This document shows, piece by piece, positions 1 through 11,028 of a stretch of 64,000 bases of DNA. Within the stretch, counting starts at the first letter, position 1. Each line of letters opens with the position of its first letter. The DNA is from an uncultured Acidimicrobiales bacterium (GTDB lineage Bacteria; Actinomycetota; Acidimicrobiia; Acidimicrobiales; SZUA-35): assembly GCA_963793385.1 (NCBI GenBank), contig CAWCAF010000035.1, positions 54,322-118,321 on the forward strand, in the 5' to 3' direction. The position numbers and the translations under genes are program-made. Under the pieces are notes generated by a model that worked only from the letters and a program-made list of their open reading frames with translations, had not been told where the DNA came from and did not search any database.

Positions 1-3
1 CTC

Positions 4-1551
4 ATGGACAGCCAACGCTTCTCCCTCTACGGGAACACGATCACTGCCGCACAGGATCGTAAGGCGCTCGAGTGGCAGGCGATGTTCCGCAAGCAGTTCG
101 ACTACGACCCGAACGAGCGGTACGAACTGAGCGTGCACGACAACGCCCAGCTCGGCGACGTGCTCGGAATACGGGATATCCGGCGGGACTCCGAAGGGGA
201 TCCGATCGATCGTGACGCCGGTGTCGTGATCTCGACGATCCGCATGGGGTACGGCCACTACCGAATTGCGATGGCCGGAGCCTCCGCGGCGCGAGCGATG
301 GGACACACGCCCTACTGGCTCGATCTGCTCGCCATCCCTGGCATCACCCAGGATGCGATCAACTGGTGGAACACCAACTACAGCAAGTACTCCCGGGTAT
401 CACAGCGGAGCGCTCTCTTCGACAAGTACGTCTGGGAGTCGGTGACGTCGGGCGACAGGACACTCCCGGGGTTGAACTGGCTGCTGAACAATCAGGCGAT
501 GGGCTGGCCGTGGCGGTTCCTCAAGGCCAACGCCCGGGACTACCGCAAGAGCGAATTGTTCGCCAACCTGCATCGCGCCATGCCCTCCGACATGCCGATC
601 CTCACCGCCCACATGTGGAACTGCATGGGGGCCGTCGCCGGAGGCATGACGAACGTCGTCGACATGATGTTCGACAATTGGCCGATGGCGTTCCAGTTGA
701 CCGAGGGCGCAACCCACGCCGTCCAGTCGCCGTCGGGCTACTACGGCTTCCGGATCATGAATCAGTTCGACGAGGACGACCAGATCCTGAATCCGACACC
801 GGCTGATGCGATCGAGTACGTGGGCCATCACGTCGACCACGAGTTGGTGGAGAACATCGAGGTCGATTGTGCGGCTCGGATGGACCGGATGCGAAAGGGT
901 GAGCCGCGTCGTTTCGTGCTGACGATGGGCGGCGCTGGAGCCCAACGCGAGCTCTTCAAGGCGATCATCGACCACAGCCGGCCGATGATCGAGCGCAATG
1001 AGCTGACACTGTTCGTCAATCTCGGCGATCACGCTGACAACTGGGACTGGCTACGGGCCGAACTGGGATCGGCGGCGTCATCGGTGCATACCCATCTCAC
1101 CTGGGACGACGCTCGTGGATTCGCCGACAGCATCCGGGATGGGGAGGCTCGGGGCCTGCACGTCTTCCTGTTCGACAACACCTTCCACGGCGTCTACGCC
1201 ACCAACTACCTGATGCGCGTCAGTGACGTGTTGATCACCAAGCCGTCGGAGTTGGCGTTCTACCCGATCCCGAAGATCTTCAACGCGCGGGTGGGCGCAC
1301 ACGAGGCATGGGGTGCGATTCGCAGTGCCGAGCTCGGTGACGGAACGATCGAGACACGGACCATCCCACGCACGTTGCAAGCGATCGACCTGATGACCCG
1401 CGAGACGGATCTTCTCGAGCTGTTCTGTGATTCGATCGTGAAGAACAAACAGATCGGGATCTACGACGGCGCCTACAAGTGCGTTGCCCTCGCAACCGGC
1501 TCGACATGGGAACGCTCGCCCAACGGAAACATCGTCGACCGTGGCGCCTGA
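4..1551 (+). CDS. GT-B-like glycosyltransferase-family protein (MGDG-synthase/GT28-like C-terminal half); function unknown
   Basis: Intact 515-aa ORF. The C-terminal half (FVLTMGGAGAQRELFKAI ... VSDVLITKPSELAFYPIPKIF) resembles the nucleotide-sugar-binding half of GT28/MGDG-synthase-type enzymes. The N-terminal half was not recognised. Confidence 0.4.
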   Translation: MDSQRFSLYGNTITAAQDRKALEWQAMFRKQFDYDPNERYELSVHDNAQLGDVLGIRDIRRDSEGDPIDRDAGVVISTIRMGYGHYRIAMAGASAARAMGHTPYWLDLLAIPGITQDAINWWNTNYSKYSRVSQRSALFDKYVWESVTSGDRTLPGLNWLLNNQAMGWPWRFLKANARDYRKSELFANLHRAMPSDMPILTAHMWNCMGAVAGGMTNVVDMMFDNWPMAFQLTEGATHAVQSPSGYYGFRIMNQFDEDDQILNPTPADAIEYVGHHVDHELVENIEVDCAARMDRMRKGEPRRFVLTMGGAGAQRELFKAIIDHSRPMIERNELTLFVNLGDHADNWDWLRAELGSAASSVHTHLTWDDARGFADSIRDGEARGLHVFLFDNTFHGVYATNYLMRVSDVLITKPSELAFYPIPKIFNARVGAHEAWGAIRSAELGDGTIETRTIPRTLQAIDLMTRETDLLELFCDSIVKNKQIGIYDGAYKCVALATGSTWERSPNGNIVDRGA

Positions 1552-1611
1552 GGGTGCGGTCGAGTCACGCCCGATCCGTGAGCGCAAGCGACGGGCCCGA
1601 AGGAGGGTTTC

Positions 1612-2010
1612 ATGCTGCCCGTCCTCGGTGACACCGAACCTTGGACCGATCCCGCCCCGACCCAGATCAATCGCCTGCGTGTGCACGTTCCGCTGTCGGA
1701 ATTCTCTCGCCACCGGCTCGACGGAACATGGTCGCTCGAGAAGTTCGAACATCCCGGGAAGGTGCTTGCCTGAGCTCTGACCGGCGAGCGACCCGCGGCC
1801 GTGAGGGTCGACGTGCCCCGCAACCGGACGATGCAGCATCTCGACGGTTTCCACGACCTGCCCCACTACACCAACGTGCAGTACGAGATCGGACCCCTGC
1901 TGTCGCGGGCGGCAACGAGCTGGCGATCGTGGTGCTGCGATACAGCGCCCAGAGTTGTGTCGAAGACCAGGACCATTCTTTCGGAACGTTCACGGGCCTT
2001 CGTCGAGTGT
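1612..2010 (+). pseudogene. GH2 beta-galactosidase (LacZ-like) 5' fragment, frameshifted and truncated
   Basis: ATG at 1612 is preceded by AGGAGGG. Translations across three frames (PWTDPAPTQINRLRVHVPL..LDGTWSLEKFEHP; HYTNVQYE; GNELAIVVLRYSAQSCVEDQDH) parallel the LacZ N-terminus ([51 protein letters not shown]). The rest of the ~1000-aa enzyme is absent. Confidence 0.55.
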
Positions 2011-2060
2011 TGAGTCGCCGGACGGGCCCAGCGTGGTGCCATGTGCCTGCAACGATCGCA

Positions 2061-2719
2061 CTAGCGCTCGATTGCGTCATCGGCCAGCGACTCGGTGATG
2101 ATCGACGGTTCACCGAGGACAGCCGCCAGGTCTCCCAGGGCCTGACGCACGGAGATGAACTTGATCGTCGTCATTCCCATTGCCTTGCCGGCTTGAGGTT
2201 CACGCCGAGGTCGTCCAGGAAGACGGCCTCGGCCGGCTCGATCCCGAGATCGGCGAGCACGGCGGAGTAGAACGCGACTTCGGGTTTGCGAAAGCCGATC
2301 TTCGATGACTCGTAGACCCTTTCGAACAACGACATTGCAGATGCAATTTCGGCACTCGGACGATCCGAAACCGGCCACGTTGTTGGTCAGGCAGGCGATA
2401 TGGAAACCAAGCTGCGGCAGCAGCTCTAGGGCGTTTCTCATCGACTGACGGACCGGCCCGTGCAGGAGACCGAGAAGATCCGCTCCCTCGGATTCGATGA
2501 CCAAGCTTCTCCGATTCTTCCGCGAAGAGCTCGCTCGAACTGTTCGGGCGTGACATCATTGCGTTCGAGCATCGCCCATGCATTGTCGTTCGGATTGGTC
2601 GAGTTCACCAACCGCAGGAAGCCCACCGGGAGATCGTGTTCGTCCTCATATTTCGCAAATGCAACAAAAGGCGACTCGATCACGACGCCGCCGAAGTCGA
2701 ACAGCACCCAGGAGATCAT
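2061..2719 (-). CDS. HAD-superfamily hydrolase (frameshifted in this assembly)
   Basis: HAD motif I is present (MISWVLFDFGGVV). Later segments (ACLTNN; GMTTIKFISVRQALGDL) lie in other frames, so at least 2-3 frame changes are needed. Confidence 0.6.
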
Positions 2720-2791
2720 GCAAGAAAGGTTAGAAGTACTGCGTAGATGCCGACGCAATCAGCAGACTTCGGTGATTGACTGGTAAACCGC

Positions 2792-3810
2792 ATGCCCACA
2801 CAGCACAAACGCCACCTCGTGGTCGACGGCTCCAACATCGCAACGGAGGGTCGGACGACGCCCAGCCTCGCCCAACTGGAGGAGGCGGTTGCCGCTGTCG
2901 CGCAACAGGGATTCGATCCGATCACGGTGATCGTCGATGCGACGTTCCCTCGCAGGATCGATCAGTCGGAACTCGATGAGTTCGAGCAGAGGATCCTCGA
3001 TGGATCGCTCGTGACGCCACCGGCCGGGGTTGTCGGTAGAGGCGATGCGTTCATCCTCCAGGTTGCGGCTCAGGTGAATGCGATCGTCCTCTCCAACGAT
3101 TCGTTCCAGGAATTCCACGGCGAACACGAATGGTTGCTCGACGAGGACGGTCGGCTCCTCGGAGGAAAGCCGGTACCGAACGTCGGTTGGGTCTTCGCCA
3201 GGCGAGGACCGGTGCGCGGCCCCAAGAGCCGACAGTCGATTCGCGAGGCCAAGGACGCCAAGGAACCAGCCGGCAAGAAGCCACCTCAGAAGAAGGCTGC
3301 GGCATCCTCACCGTCAGACACGTCCAAGCGGGAAACGCAAGCGCGGCGGTCGAGACAAGAAGAAGGCGACCCAGACACCGACTGGCGAGCCCACGCTGCG
3401 CAGCTGAGCCCGACTCGGCACGACGGTCCACACCAAGATCCAAGGAATCCGCTCACCTCAACGACGTCGCCGAGTTCCTCACGTTCGTGAGAGAACACTC
3501 GATCGGCGACACCGTCGAAGGTGCGGTCGAGCGATTCTCCAGTCACGGTTGCTACTTACGGGTGGCGACCGCCCAGTGTTATCTGCCAATCAAGGCGATG
3601 GGGGATCCACCGCCGAACAAGGCCAGGGACCGAGTGTCCCGCGGCGACATTGTTCGGGCCAAGGTCGAGTCCCTCGACGCCCAACGACGAGGGATCAACG
3701 TTTCGCTGGTCAGCGTGACCTCTCGGGCAGATCGCAGCGACCAGAAACACAAGCCGCCGACGTCAAAGGACGCGGCGATCAGCAACACGCCCCGTAGGAG
3801 CGAATCAACC
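2792..3810 (+). CDS. NYN/Zc3h12a-like ribonuclease domain plus S1 RNA-binding domain protein (frameshifted linker)
   Basis: The N-terminus ([27 protein letters not shown]) is NYN/PIN-like. After a basic linker that changes frame, an S1-like domain follows ([43 protein letters not shown]). There is no stop before the K/A-rich ORF in the same frame. Confidence 0.55.
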
Positions 3811-4254
3811 ATGGCAACACCCAAGAAGGCTACGAAGAAGCGGACCACCAAGAAAGCACCGGCCAAGAAGGCGCCGGCCAAGAAGGCCGCCAAGAAAGCA
3901 CCGGCCAAGAAAGCTGCACCCAAGAAAGCAGCCAAGAAAGCACCGGCCAAGAAGGCTGCACCCAAGAAAGCCGCCAAGAAAGCACCGGCCAAGAAGGCTG
4001 CACCCAAGAAGGCCGCCAAGAAGCGGACCACCAAGAAAGCACCGGCCAAGAAGGCTGCACCCAAGAAGGCCAGCCAAGAAAGCACCGGCCAAGAAGGCTG
4101 CACCCAAGAAGGCCGCCAAGAAAGCACCGGCCAAGAAGGCTGCACCGAAGAAGGCCGCCAAGAAAGCACCGGCCAAGAAGGCTGCACCCAAGAAGGCCGC
4201 CAAGAAAGCACCGGCCAAGAAGGCCGCACCCAAGAAGGCCGCCAAGAAGCGCTA
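3811..4254 (+). CDS. Lys/Ala-rich histone H1/Hlp-tail-like protein, or a C-terminal tail of the preceding protein; built from 42-nt tandem repeats; one 1-nt indel
   Basis: AGGAG lies 10 nt before the ATG at 3811. The sequence is [20 protein letters not shown] followed by ([14 protein letters not shown])n. An extra A near 4070 shifts the frame; the restored frame ends AAKKR* at 4254. Confidence 0.55.
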
Positions 4255-4270
4255 GCGGTCGCGGACCTTC

Positions 4271-4307
4271 CCGATTGGTCCCCTGTGGCGGCAGGGGCAA
4301 CAATCGG
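4271..4307 (+). terminator. Stem-loop between the K/A-rich gene and ettA
   Basis: The structure reads ccgattg-gt-cccctg-tggcgg-cagggg-caa-caatcgg. Both arm pairs are exact reverse complements. There is no T-tract, which is common in high-G+C actinobacteria. Confidence 0.45.
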
Positions 4308-4325
4308 CCAATACGCTCGTGTGCC

Positions 4326-6015
4326 ATGTCGGCACAGTTCATCTACTCCATGCACAAGGTCGGGAGGTACTACCCCCCGGACCGTCAGGTGCTCGAGAAC
4401 ATCAGCCTCTCGTTCTTCCCCGGCGCGAAGATCGGTGTGCTCGGCTCCAACGGTGCCGGGAAGTCCTCGTTGCTGCGCATCATGGCTGGACTCGACGACG
4501 GTTACGTCGGGGAGGCCCGGCTGACGCCCGGCTTCACGGTGGGCTACCTCGAACAGGAACCGAGACTCGATCCGACCAAGGACGTTCGAGCAATGTGATG
4601 GACGGTGCGGGCGAGACGGTTCAGCTGTTGGCCGACTACGAGTCCTTGATGGAGCGATGGGCCGATCCGGAGGCTGATTACGAAAAGCTCGGTGCCAGCC
4701 AGGCCGATCTCGAGGCCCGGATCGAAGCGGCACAGGGGTGGGATCTCCAGCGGACGATCGAGATCGCGATGGACGCACTCCGACTCCCGCCACCCGCACC
4801 AGTCCGTGGAGCACCTCTCGGGTGGCGAGAAACGCCGAGTGGCCCTGTGCCGACTCCTGCTCAGCCAGCCCGACCTCCTGCTGCTCGACGAGCCCACGAA
4901 CCATCTCGATGCCGAGAGCGTGCATTGGCTCGAGAAGCGACTGGACTCGTATCCCGGGACGGTGGTGGCGATCACCCACGACAGGTACTTCCTCGACAAC
5001 GTCGCTCGATGGATACTCGAACTCGATCAGGGGAAAGGGGATCCCGTTCGAGGGCAACTACTCCTCCTGGTTGGAGCAGAAGCAGGCTCGCCTCGACTCC
5101 GAGCAACGTTCCCAGGCAGCCAAGCAACGAACCCTCGCACGCGAGACTGGAATGGGTTCGACTGGCTCCCAAGGCACGACAGGCCAAGGGGCGGGCTCGC
5201 CTGACGGCCTACGAGACGCTGCGAAAGGAAGCCGAGGCATACGACCCGTCCCAGGAGCGCGTCCAGATCCACATCCCGCCAGGTCCCCGACTCGGCGACC
5301 AGGTCGTCGAGGTCGACGAATCTCGCCAAGGGATTCGGCGACAAGCTCCTCATCGAGAACCTCTCCTTCCAGCTTCCCAAGGCCGGCATCGTCGGTGTGA
5401 TCGGCGGCAACGGCGCCGGAAAGACCACGCTGTTCAGGATGCTGATCGCCGCCGCGACCGGGGACGGCGAACGCCCTGACGCCGGTTCGATCACGATCGG
5501 TTCCACCGTCCGGTTGTCCTACGTCGATCAGAGTCGTGATGTGCTCGACGCCGGACAAGTCGGTCTACGAGGAGATCACCGACGGCAAGGAGGTGATCGA
5601 CCTGGGCGGTCGGGAGGTCAACGGCCGCGCCTATGTGGCCGGTTTCAACTTCCGCGGATCGGACCAGCAGAAGGAGGTTGGCGTTCTCTCCGGCGGTGAG
5701 CGGAACCGAGTCCACCTGGCCAAGGTGCTGAAGGACGGCGGCAACCTGCTGCTCCTGGACGAGCCGACGAATGACCTCGACGTCGACACCCTCCGAGCGC
5801 TCGAGGACGGACTCGAGCGCTTCGCCGGCTGTGCGGTGGTCATCAGTCACGATCGGTGGTTTCTCGATCGGGTCGCCACGCACATCCTCGCGTTCGAAGG
5901 CAACAGCCAGGTCCGCTGGTTCGAGGGCAACTTCAGCGAATACGAGGGATTCCGTGAGGCTGAACTCGGCGACGCAGCCCTCCCCCATCGAATGGAGTAC
6001 AAGACGACGGCGTGA
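4326..6015 (+). CDS. ettA: ABC-F translation factor EttA (six frame changes in this assembly)
   Basis: The N-terminus is [48 protein letters not shown]. Two Walker A motifs, two LSGGE signatures and the C-terminus ([11 protein letters not shown]) are recovered only by hopping frames in the order 0,2,0,1,2,0,1. Confidence 0.9.
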
Positions 6016-6226
6016 CTACGACGCAGCGGCGGGTGAACTTCACCGACCGGTGGAGCACATCGGTGCCCGACATAGCACACTCGAGTTATGGTCCAACGCC
6101 TCACGGCAAACTCGTCGCCGGCACCACTTCGTCCAGCCGGCCATCCGGCGACCGGGCGACCTGGCGTGGGGCGCCTTCAGTGACAGCCCTCCGTGGATCC
6201 TGACCGACAGGAACCCTGAATGGCGA

Positions 6227-7740
6227 ATGAGCGCCGACCGCCGCCGGCAGCTTCAGGCCCAGGATCTGCCGACGCTGTACCGAGCGCCCAGGTTGCCGCC
6301 GCTTCGACGGGCGCTCACCGTACTGCGCGTCATCGGCAGCGCACTTCTGATCTGGGCGATCCGTGAGCGCGGGACACCCAGGTCGAAAGCGGCGATCAGT
6401 CGGCGCATACGAGTGGCGGCCGAGAAACTCGGCCCGACCTACATCAAGCTGGCCCAGATCATCGCCGCCGGTGAGGGTGTGTTTCCGGCCGAACTGGTCA
6501 CCGAATGCAAGAGGTGTCGAGATCAGGTTCCAGCGGTCGACTACCAGCAGATGGTGAGGGTCGTCGAGCGAGATCTTGGACGACCGATGCACGACCTGTT
6601 CTCCTCGTTTTCTGCGACGCCCATGGCCGCTGCTTCGATCGCCCAGGTGCATCGGGCCACACTCCTCGATGGCACTCCGGTCGTCGTGAAGGTTCAGCGA
6701 CCCGGAATCGACGAGCTCGTCCGTCGAGACCTCAAAGTGCTGTCCTGGTTGGCTCCGTTCCTCGTCGGTCGGATACCGGTGTCGGCACTCGCCAATCCCC
6801 CGGCTCTGGTCGAACTGTTTGCCGAGACCATCGTGGAGGAACTCGACTTCCACCTCGAAGGCGACAACATGCTGGACGTCGCGGAGATCATGGTGAAGCT
6901 CAAGCAGGACGGTTTCGTGATTCCCCGTCCTCATCCCGAGTTGGTGAGCACGAGAGTTCTCGTCATGGAGGAGCTGTCCGGCTTCGGTTTCGACGACGTC
7001 GTCGGGATGAAGGGAGCGGGTGTCAACACCCACGATGTGATCCGGACCGGGATGATCGGCTTCCTCGAAGGTGCCTTCCTGCACGGCGTGTTCCACGGCG
7101 ACCTCCACGGCGGAAACCTCCTGGTTCTTCCCGACGGTCGAACCGGCCTGCTCGATTTCGGTATCACCGGCCGGCTCAGCGACACCGAGAAGCAGGCGTT
7201 CATGAAGATGATGATGACCGCCACGATGAACGACGTGCACCGGCCAGGTGAGTGCACTGAGGGATCTCGGCGCGTTGCCACCCGACGCCGACGTCGACGC
7301 GGTCGTCGCCGATCTCGGCCTCGACGGTCCCCCGCTCGACCCGACCAAGATGTCACCCGAGGAGCTGGTCGGCTGAACTGCAGCGAATCATCAAGTCACT
7401 GCTCGGCTACGGGGCCAGAATGCCCAAGCCGTTGATGCTCTACGTGAAGAATCTCATCTTCATCGACGAAGCGATCGCCACGCTCGCACCCGATCTCGAT
7501 CTGTTCGGCGAGGTGACCTACATCGCCACGCACTTCTTCACCGCACACGGACAAACGATCGCCGACGAACTCGGCGTGGCACAGACCGAATGGAAACTCG
7601 ACCTCGACGGGATCAAGGCCGGCTTCGGTGTGGATCCGAGCCAGATGGAACGCCTGAGCCACAACGAACTGCAGGAACGCCGCGCCCTCATCAACAAACG
7701 GCTGGCTAGCCAGTCGCCCCTCAAGCGACTGACCACCTGA
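6227..7740 (+). CDS. ABC1/UbiB-family atypical kinase (two frame changes near the 3' end)
   Basis: Diagnostic segments are KLGPTYIKLAQIIA, AAASIAQVHRATLLDGTPVVVKVQRPGI and HGDLHGGNLLV. The C-terminus continues in ORF 7420..7740. Confidence 0.8.
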
Positions 7741-7759
7741 GGTTCCCGGCCACAGCCGC

Positions 7760-8518
7760 TCAGCCTCGAAGGATTTCGAGACATCTGTCGGCCAGCTCGG
7801 GCCGGCAGATCAACAGATCAGGCAAGTAGGGATCGGGGTTGTTGTAGCGCATCGGCGAACCGTCCAAACGGGAGCAGTGGAGACCGGCCGCGGTGGCGAC
7901 GGCGACAGGCGCACAGTTGTCCCACTCGTATTGGCCCCCGGAGTGCGCATAGATGTCCGCATGACCCCGAACGACCGCCATCGCCTTGGCTCCGGCCGAG
8001 CCCAGCTCGAGGTAGTCCGCCCCGAGGGCGGCGGCCAGCATCTGTGCCGCCGGCGGGCGACGGGTCCGGCTCACGATCACGCGCAGGGTCTCGCTGGGCA
8101 TCGGCGGCACGACCGGCGGCGTATCGGTTCCGAACACCAGATTCTCGGCGGGCAGCGCAACCGCGCCGGCGATGGGACTGCCGTCACTGACCAGGGCGAT
8201 GTGGACCGCCCAGTCGATGCGAGGCGGTTCGGCGTATTCGCGGGTGCCGTCCAGCGGATCGACGATCCAGACCCGGTCGGCATCGAGGCGATCTCGCCGG
8301 TCGGCGCCCTCTTCGGAGAGAAGGGCGTCGCCGGGCCGTTCCCGGGCGATCGCGTCGGCGATGAAATCATGCGCAGCGGCGTCGCCGGCATCCTTCATGA
8401 CGAAGTGATGGGCGCCGTCGTCGACCATTCGTGAACGCAGCTCGGTCAGGATCCGTCCGGTGTCGGCAGCCAGCCGTGCGGCAAGGGAATGGTCATCCGG
8501 GGTTGCGTTCACCTGCAC
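7760..8518 (-). CDS. cysQ: 3'(2'),5'-bisphosphate nucleotidase / inositol-monophosphatase family
   Basis: Intact 252-aa ORF with the IMPase motifs LLSEEG, WIVDPLDGTREY and YEWDNCA. Confidence 0.75.
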   Translation of the reverse strand: MQVNATPDDHSLAARLAADTGRILTELRSRMVDDGAHHFVMKDAGDAAAHDFIADAIARERPGDALLSEEGADRRDRLDADRVWIVDPLDGTREYAEPPRIDWAVHIALVSDGSPIAGAVALPAENLVFGTDTPPVVPPMPSETLRVIVSRTRRPPAAQMLAAALGADYLELGSAGAKAMAVVRGHADIYAHSGGQYEWDNCAPVAVATAAGLHCSRLDGSPMRYNNPDPYLPDLLICRPELADRCLEILRG

Positions 8519-8573
8519 ACCCTAGGAGCCAGACCGAAGCCGGCCCACCGGCGAGCGAGGCCCGGTGGAGTGG

Positions 8574-8852
8574 TCAGTCCTCGGCGGGCCCGAACGGTTC
8601 GTCGGCCAGGACGTAGCAGTCCTCGTGATAGTGCTCCACCCGCTCCCAGACGCCTTTTGTGTAGACGTTGCAGATCACCTGAACGTCACGGTGACGGGCC
8701 CGGAACTTCACCCGATCTCCGCAATGCTCGCACTCGGTCATCGATCCGGCCTCGATCAGCCGTGTCACTGCTCGCGACTTCCACCTCTGCGTCTTGGGCT
8801 TGGCAGCGGCCTTCTTCTTGGTTCTGGACGTGGACGCCACCTTCGTAGCCAT
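8574..8852 (-). CDS. Small conserved Cys/His-containing protein, divergent from nucS
   Basis: A 92-aa segment starts at an internal ATG of a 334-aa ORF: a basic N-terminus, then CEHCGDRVKF..HYHEDC. The remainder of that long ORF is antisense to nucS. Confidence 0.5.
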   Translation of the reverse strand: MATKVASTSRTKKKAAAKPKTQRWKSRAVTRLIEAGSMTECEHCGDRVKFRARHRDVQVICNVYTKGVWERVEHYHEDCYVLADEPFGPAED

Positions 8853-8930
8853 GTGGTTCTCATCGGCACCGGACTCTCCTCCTTGAGAATCCACCCGGCG
8901 CCAGTCGCTCGCCACGGATAGAGTGCGCCG

Positions 8931-9590
8931 GTGCGATTGGTGGTTGCAGTGTGCACCGTGACCTACGACGGTCGACTCACCTCGCGGCTGGAGCGGGCCA
9001 GAAGGCTCCTGATGGTCAAGGCTGACGGCTGCGTCGCAGTACACGCCGACGGTGGTGCCTACAAGCCGCTGAACTGGATGAACGCCCCCAACACCATCAG
9101 CATGACCGATGAGGGTTGGCGGGTCGCCAACGACAAGGGCGAGGCGCTCGTGATAGAGCTCCACGCCGTCGAATCCGACATCACCATCGAACTCGGCGTG
9201 GACCCGGGGCTCCAGAAGGACGGGGTCGAGAACCATCTCCAGGAACTCCTCGCCGAACAACCGGAGGAGATCGAACACGGCCTGCAATTGATTCGCCGCG
9301 AACACCGGACCGAGATCGGTCCGGTCGATCTGCTCTGCCGGGACTCCGACGGGATGACCGTCGCGGTCGAGGTGAAACGTCGAGGTGAAATCGATGGTGT
9401 GGAACAGCTGTCCCGCTATCTGGAGTTCCTGAACGCCCAACCCGACCTGGCACCGGTGAGGGGTGTGTTCGCAGCTCAGTCGATCAAGCCGCAAGCAAAA
9501 GTGCTGGCCGGCTACCGAGACATCGGATGTGTCGAAGTCGACTACGACCAGCTCCGAGGGCTCGAAAAGCCACAACAAACACTCTTCTGA
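8931..9590 (+). CDS. nucS: Endonuclease NucS / EndoMS (mismatch-specific)
   Basis: Intact 219 aa and collinear with mycobacterial NucS ([51 protein letters not shown]). Confidence 0.9.
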   Translation: MRLVVAVCTVTYDGRLTSRLERARRLLMVKADGCVAVHADGGAYKPLNWMNAPNTISMTDEGWRVANDKGEALVIELHAVESDITIELGVDPGLQKDGVENHLQELLAEQPEEIEHGLQLIRREHRTEIGPVDLLCRDSDGMTVAVEVKRRGEIDGVEQLSRYLEFLNAQPDLAPVRGVFAAQSIKPQAKVLAGYRDIGCVEVDYDQLRGLEKPQQTLF

Positions 9591-9608
9591 CGTCCACCGT
9601 CACGATCC
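9381..9608 (+). repeat. Left copy of the perfect 228-bp direct repeat (last ~210 nt of nucS plus 18 nt downstream)
   Basis: Base-for-base identical to 18495..18722 by manual alignment. The sequences diverge immediately after ...cacgatcc. Confidence 0.9.
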
Positions 9609-9619
9609 CAGTATCCCGA

Positions 9620-9861
9620 GGCGCTGGCAGGCCACAACGCCGAGCTGACCCGATCGAACGCCTCGGTGGGAACGCACCGACGTCGTTCAGATCTTCCCCA
9701 ACACCGAAAGTGTGATCCGCCTCGTCGGCGCACTCCTGATCGAGATCAACGTCGAGAAGATCTCCTCCGACCGTCGCTACATCGCCGCCGGGAGCCCCGA
9801 ACCTCTCGTCGACCACAAAGGAGACCAGCTAACCTCACTACCCGCAGCACCAAGAACCTGA
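9620..9861 (+). mobile_element. IS256-family transposase 3' remnant (frameshifted; no N-terminal part)
   Basis: DPIERL.. / RTDVVQIFPNTESVIRLVGALLIEIN..RRYI matches the conserved IS256 transposase C-terminus (ERLN.E.KRRT.VVGIFPN..S..RLVGAVL.E..DEW...RRY). Confidence 0.6.
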
Positions 9862-10010
9862 GCAACAGAATCACACGCCACTCCTACACCCGCACAGCAC
9901 TCCATCGTCTACTTGATCCCCAGCCTCACCCCATTCAGTTCTCTAAGCTCATTTCTCCGACGTCACTGTTTCTCATTCTCCACACATAGTCTCCGCTGAA
10001 AGATCCCGAG

Positions 10011-10958
10011 ATGTTGATCCCTGAGCCATCCAATTCACAACCTCTGTCCGTCGCCCTTGTCGGCGGAGAAGCCGCCGGAACACAGACGCTGAAGCGTCTG
10101 GTCTCCCTCGAAGTGAAGGTTGCGTTCGTCTGCGCGTCCGCCTCTGATTCATCGTCGCTGGTCGAGGTTGCCAGATCACACAACGTGCCTGTGCTGGATT
10201 CTTCCGCTCTTCGGTCGGGCTTGGCGACCCAAAGCATCGCTGACCACGACGTTGATGTGCTCCTGAACATCCACTCGCTCCAGCTACTGCCGGAAGACCT
10301 TCTCGTTGGCCCCAAGATCGGCAGCTTCAATCTGCATCCTGGCCCTCTTCCTTCCTACGGCGGTCTCGGTGCACCGAGTTGGGCGATCTACAATGGCGAA
10401 TCGCGCCACGCAGTGACGCTGCACTGGATGACTGCAAAGCTCGATGCCGGCGATATCGCGTACGAACGCTGGTTCGAGTTAGACGACAAAGCGACCGGAT
10501 TTTCAGTGAGCACTCAATGCGCCAAGCTCGGACTCGAACTGGTCAGCGAGCTCATTCGACAAGCGGCAATCGACCCTGAGTCAATTCCGAGAACGCCCCA
10601 GGGTCTCGGCGAGCGCCGCCTGTACCGCCGCGATCAGATCCCTGGCGATGGGAAGATCGACTGGCGGCAATCGGCCCGGTTGATCAATCGACTGGTGAGA
10701 GCGTCGTCCTATCGACCCTTCCCGTCCCCCTGGGGTGATCCCCGGACCTTGCTCGGCGACCGTCCGATAGACCTTGTGGCAACCACGTTGACCGACGAAC
10801 ACGACAGCGGCCAGCGGGCCGGCACCGTCATCGCTTTGGCCGACGGCAACCTTGCCGTGGTGACCGGCGAAGGTGTCCTCCGAATTGACCGGGTGATTCT
10901 GGATGGTCGAGTGGTGGCCGCATCTGAGGTGCTTTCGTCTGGCGACATCCTCAGTTAG
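10011..10958 (+). CDS. Fmt/ArnA-N-like formyltransferase
   Basis: Intact 315 aa. The formyltransferase core (VDVLLNIHSLQLLPEDLL..FNLHPGPLPSYGGLGAPSWAI..LDAGDI) is followed by an Fmt-like C-terminal beta-barrel region. Confidence 0.75.
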   Translation: MLIPEPSNSQPLSVALVGGEAAGTQTLKRLVSLEVKVAFVCASASDSSSLVEVARSHNVPVLDSSALRSGLATQSIADHDVDVLLNIHSLQLLPEDLLVGPKIGSFNLHPGPLPSYGGLGAPSWAIYNGESRHAVTLHWMTAKLDAGDIAYERWFELDDKATGFSVSTQCAKLGLELVSELIRQAAIDPESIPRTPQGLGERRLYRRDQIPGDGKIDWRQSARLINRLVRASSYRPFPSPWGDPRTLLGDRPIDLVATTLTDEHDSGQRAGTVIALADGNLAVVTGEGVLRIDRVILDGRVVAASEVLSSGDILS

Positions 10959-11028
10959 TTCGCACGATCCAGTCGCGCCGTTCACTCGTCGCCAAACACG
11001 CCCATCCATGCTTCGCCGTCGAATCGAC

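Noticed and set aside
3811-4254. Regular short repeats that might suggest a CRISPR array
   Set aside because: The repeats are contiguous 42-nt coding units without unique spacers and translate to a Lys/Ala-rich protein. No cas genes are present.
3579-5057. 492-aa ORF on the minus strand
   Set aside because: It is antisense to the K/A-rich repeat and to ettA. It contains mirror-image low-complexity sequence (FLAGAFLAA..), which is a typical high-G+C shadow ORF.
6101-7348. 415-aa ORF on the minus strand
   Set aside because: It is antisense to the well-supported ABC1/UbiB kinase gene. Its composition is Arg/Gly/His-rich and it has no recognisable motifs.
8574-9578. 334-aa ORF on the minus strand
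   Set aside because: Only the last 92 codons (8574-8852) look like a real small gene. The remainder is antisense to nucS.
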